Assembly (NCBI GenBank): GCA_052327205.1
Contig: CM126210.1
Location: forward strand, 197,842,001-197,906,000
DNA from: Somniosus microcephalus
Taxonomy: Eukaryota
Direction of reading: 5' to 3'
Length of the DNA stretch: 64,000 nucleotides
Made by a program: the position numbers and the translations under genes. Positions 63,080 to 64,000 of the stretch are shown in pieces. The notes under the pieces were generated by a model. It was not told where the DNA came from and did no database searches. It was given only the letters and a program-made list of their open reading frames with translations. Position 1 is the stretch's first letter; each line of letters opens with the position of its first letter.

Positions 63080-63560
63080 AAGAGCCACTCTTGCCTCTGA
63101 TGAAGAAAGTGTTGGATTCAAACCCTGCTCTCGGACTTGAGCACATATTCTAAGCTGGCATTTCCAGTGAGGGAATGCTGCATTGTTGGAGGTGCCATCT
63201 TTTAGGCGAGACATTAAATTGAGGTACAATCTACCATAGTTTAGATAGATGTTAAAGGCAGATAAATGCAGTTGAGGTACAGATTATCCATGATCTAGAT
63301 GAATTGAGGGGCTAAATAGCCTACTCATGTTTCTATGTTCTCCCAGTGTCCTGGCTAACCATTTTCCTCAACAAATACTACCAAAAACCAGATTGACTGG
63401 TATTTCATCCCATTGCTCTCTATGGAACCTTGTTATGCATGAAATGACTGCACAGTTTGCATTCATAAGAACAGTGACTGCACTTCCAAGTAGCTCAGTG
63501 TCTGTGAAGTGTTTGAGATGTTTCTGATCAGACACTATATAAATACAAGTTCTTCCTCTT
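63080..63560 (+). mobile_element. DeuSINE with a short CR1 tail inserted (about 63255-63340)
   Basis: Deu core interrupted by GCCTACTCATGTTTCTATGTT. Confidence 0.75.
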
Positions 63561-63614
63561 ATACGTGAATAATAGCAGATGTCTAAAAATAATTGTTATG
63601 TTACTACTTCTCTC

Positions 63615-63975
63615 TTTCTCCCCCTCCTCCTCTTCTCTCCTGAAATGGTTGAATCTTTTGTGGGGTATGGTTCCAAGTGCACTTGTTGGCCGCTAGTTTC
63701 TCACCATGTAGCAATAATTGTTTTTCGTGCCTTGCCAGTTAGTGTGTGCAGCTGTTCTGTCATGGGGAGCAGCACAGCCGAGCCTACTCCTTTTCTTGTG
63801 AAACATCCAGACCCACAATTCCAATAGTATGGCAATTGGGAAGCCCAGCCCAATTTGTTGTTTCCCTCCTTATCACAGGATGCTGAGGCCAATTATACCA
63901 CCCACCACCATTCTGGCTGAGATCAGCTAACAGCATAGCTTGGGGATTGAACCTCAGCTCTTCTTCGTCTATGTG
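63615..63975 (-). mobile_element. SINE-like family B
   Basis: CTGAGATCAGCTAAC..GGGGATTGAACCT is the reverse complement of the head. Confidence 0.65.
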
Positions 63976-64000
63976 GCTTCAATACTCACTGCATAAACCC

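Noticed and set aside
1-64000. CRISPR arrays, rRNA, prokaryotic operons
   Set aside because: None present; the sequence is vertebrate nuclear DNA

Overview
Repeat-rich vertebrate genomic DNA, most likely a shark or ray (inferred from DeuSINE/SacSINE-type SINEs, abundant CR1 and L2 LINEs, Harbinger elements and Penelope-derived ends). I cannot identify any host protein-coding gene. Every long ORF is transposon-derived or comes from a GC-rich minisatellite. Main content: (i) a spliced Harbinger Myb/SANT gene remnant with nested CR1 and LTR-like inserts (1-2270); (ii) a near full-length CR1 LINE (3364-7672) with intact ORF1 and broken ORF2, nested in a second LINE family; (iii) many SINE, LINE and MITE fragments; (iv) CpG-island promoters at about 30.6-32.3 kb, 44.4-45.3 kb and 47.3-48.6 kb with short spliced, apparently non-coding exons. 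Most interesting: a U_UUA_AAC slippery heptamer at the CR1 ORF1 stop, with the -1 frame open into ORF2; short dispersed Penelope-end elements carrying minimal hammerhead-ribozyme-like cores; several locally templated inverted and direct duplications; and a 5'TOP-like non-coding transcription unit. Repeat boundaries are read by eye and approximate.
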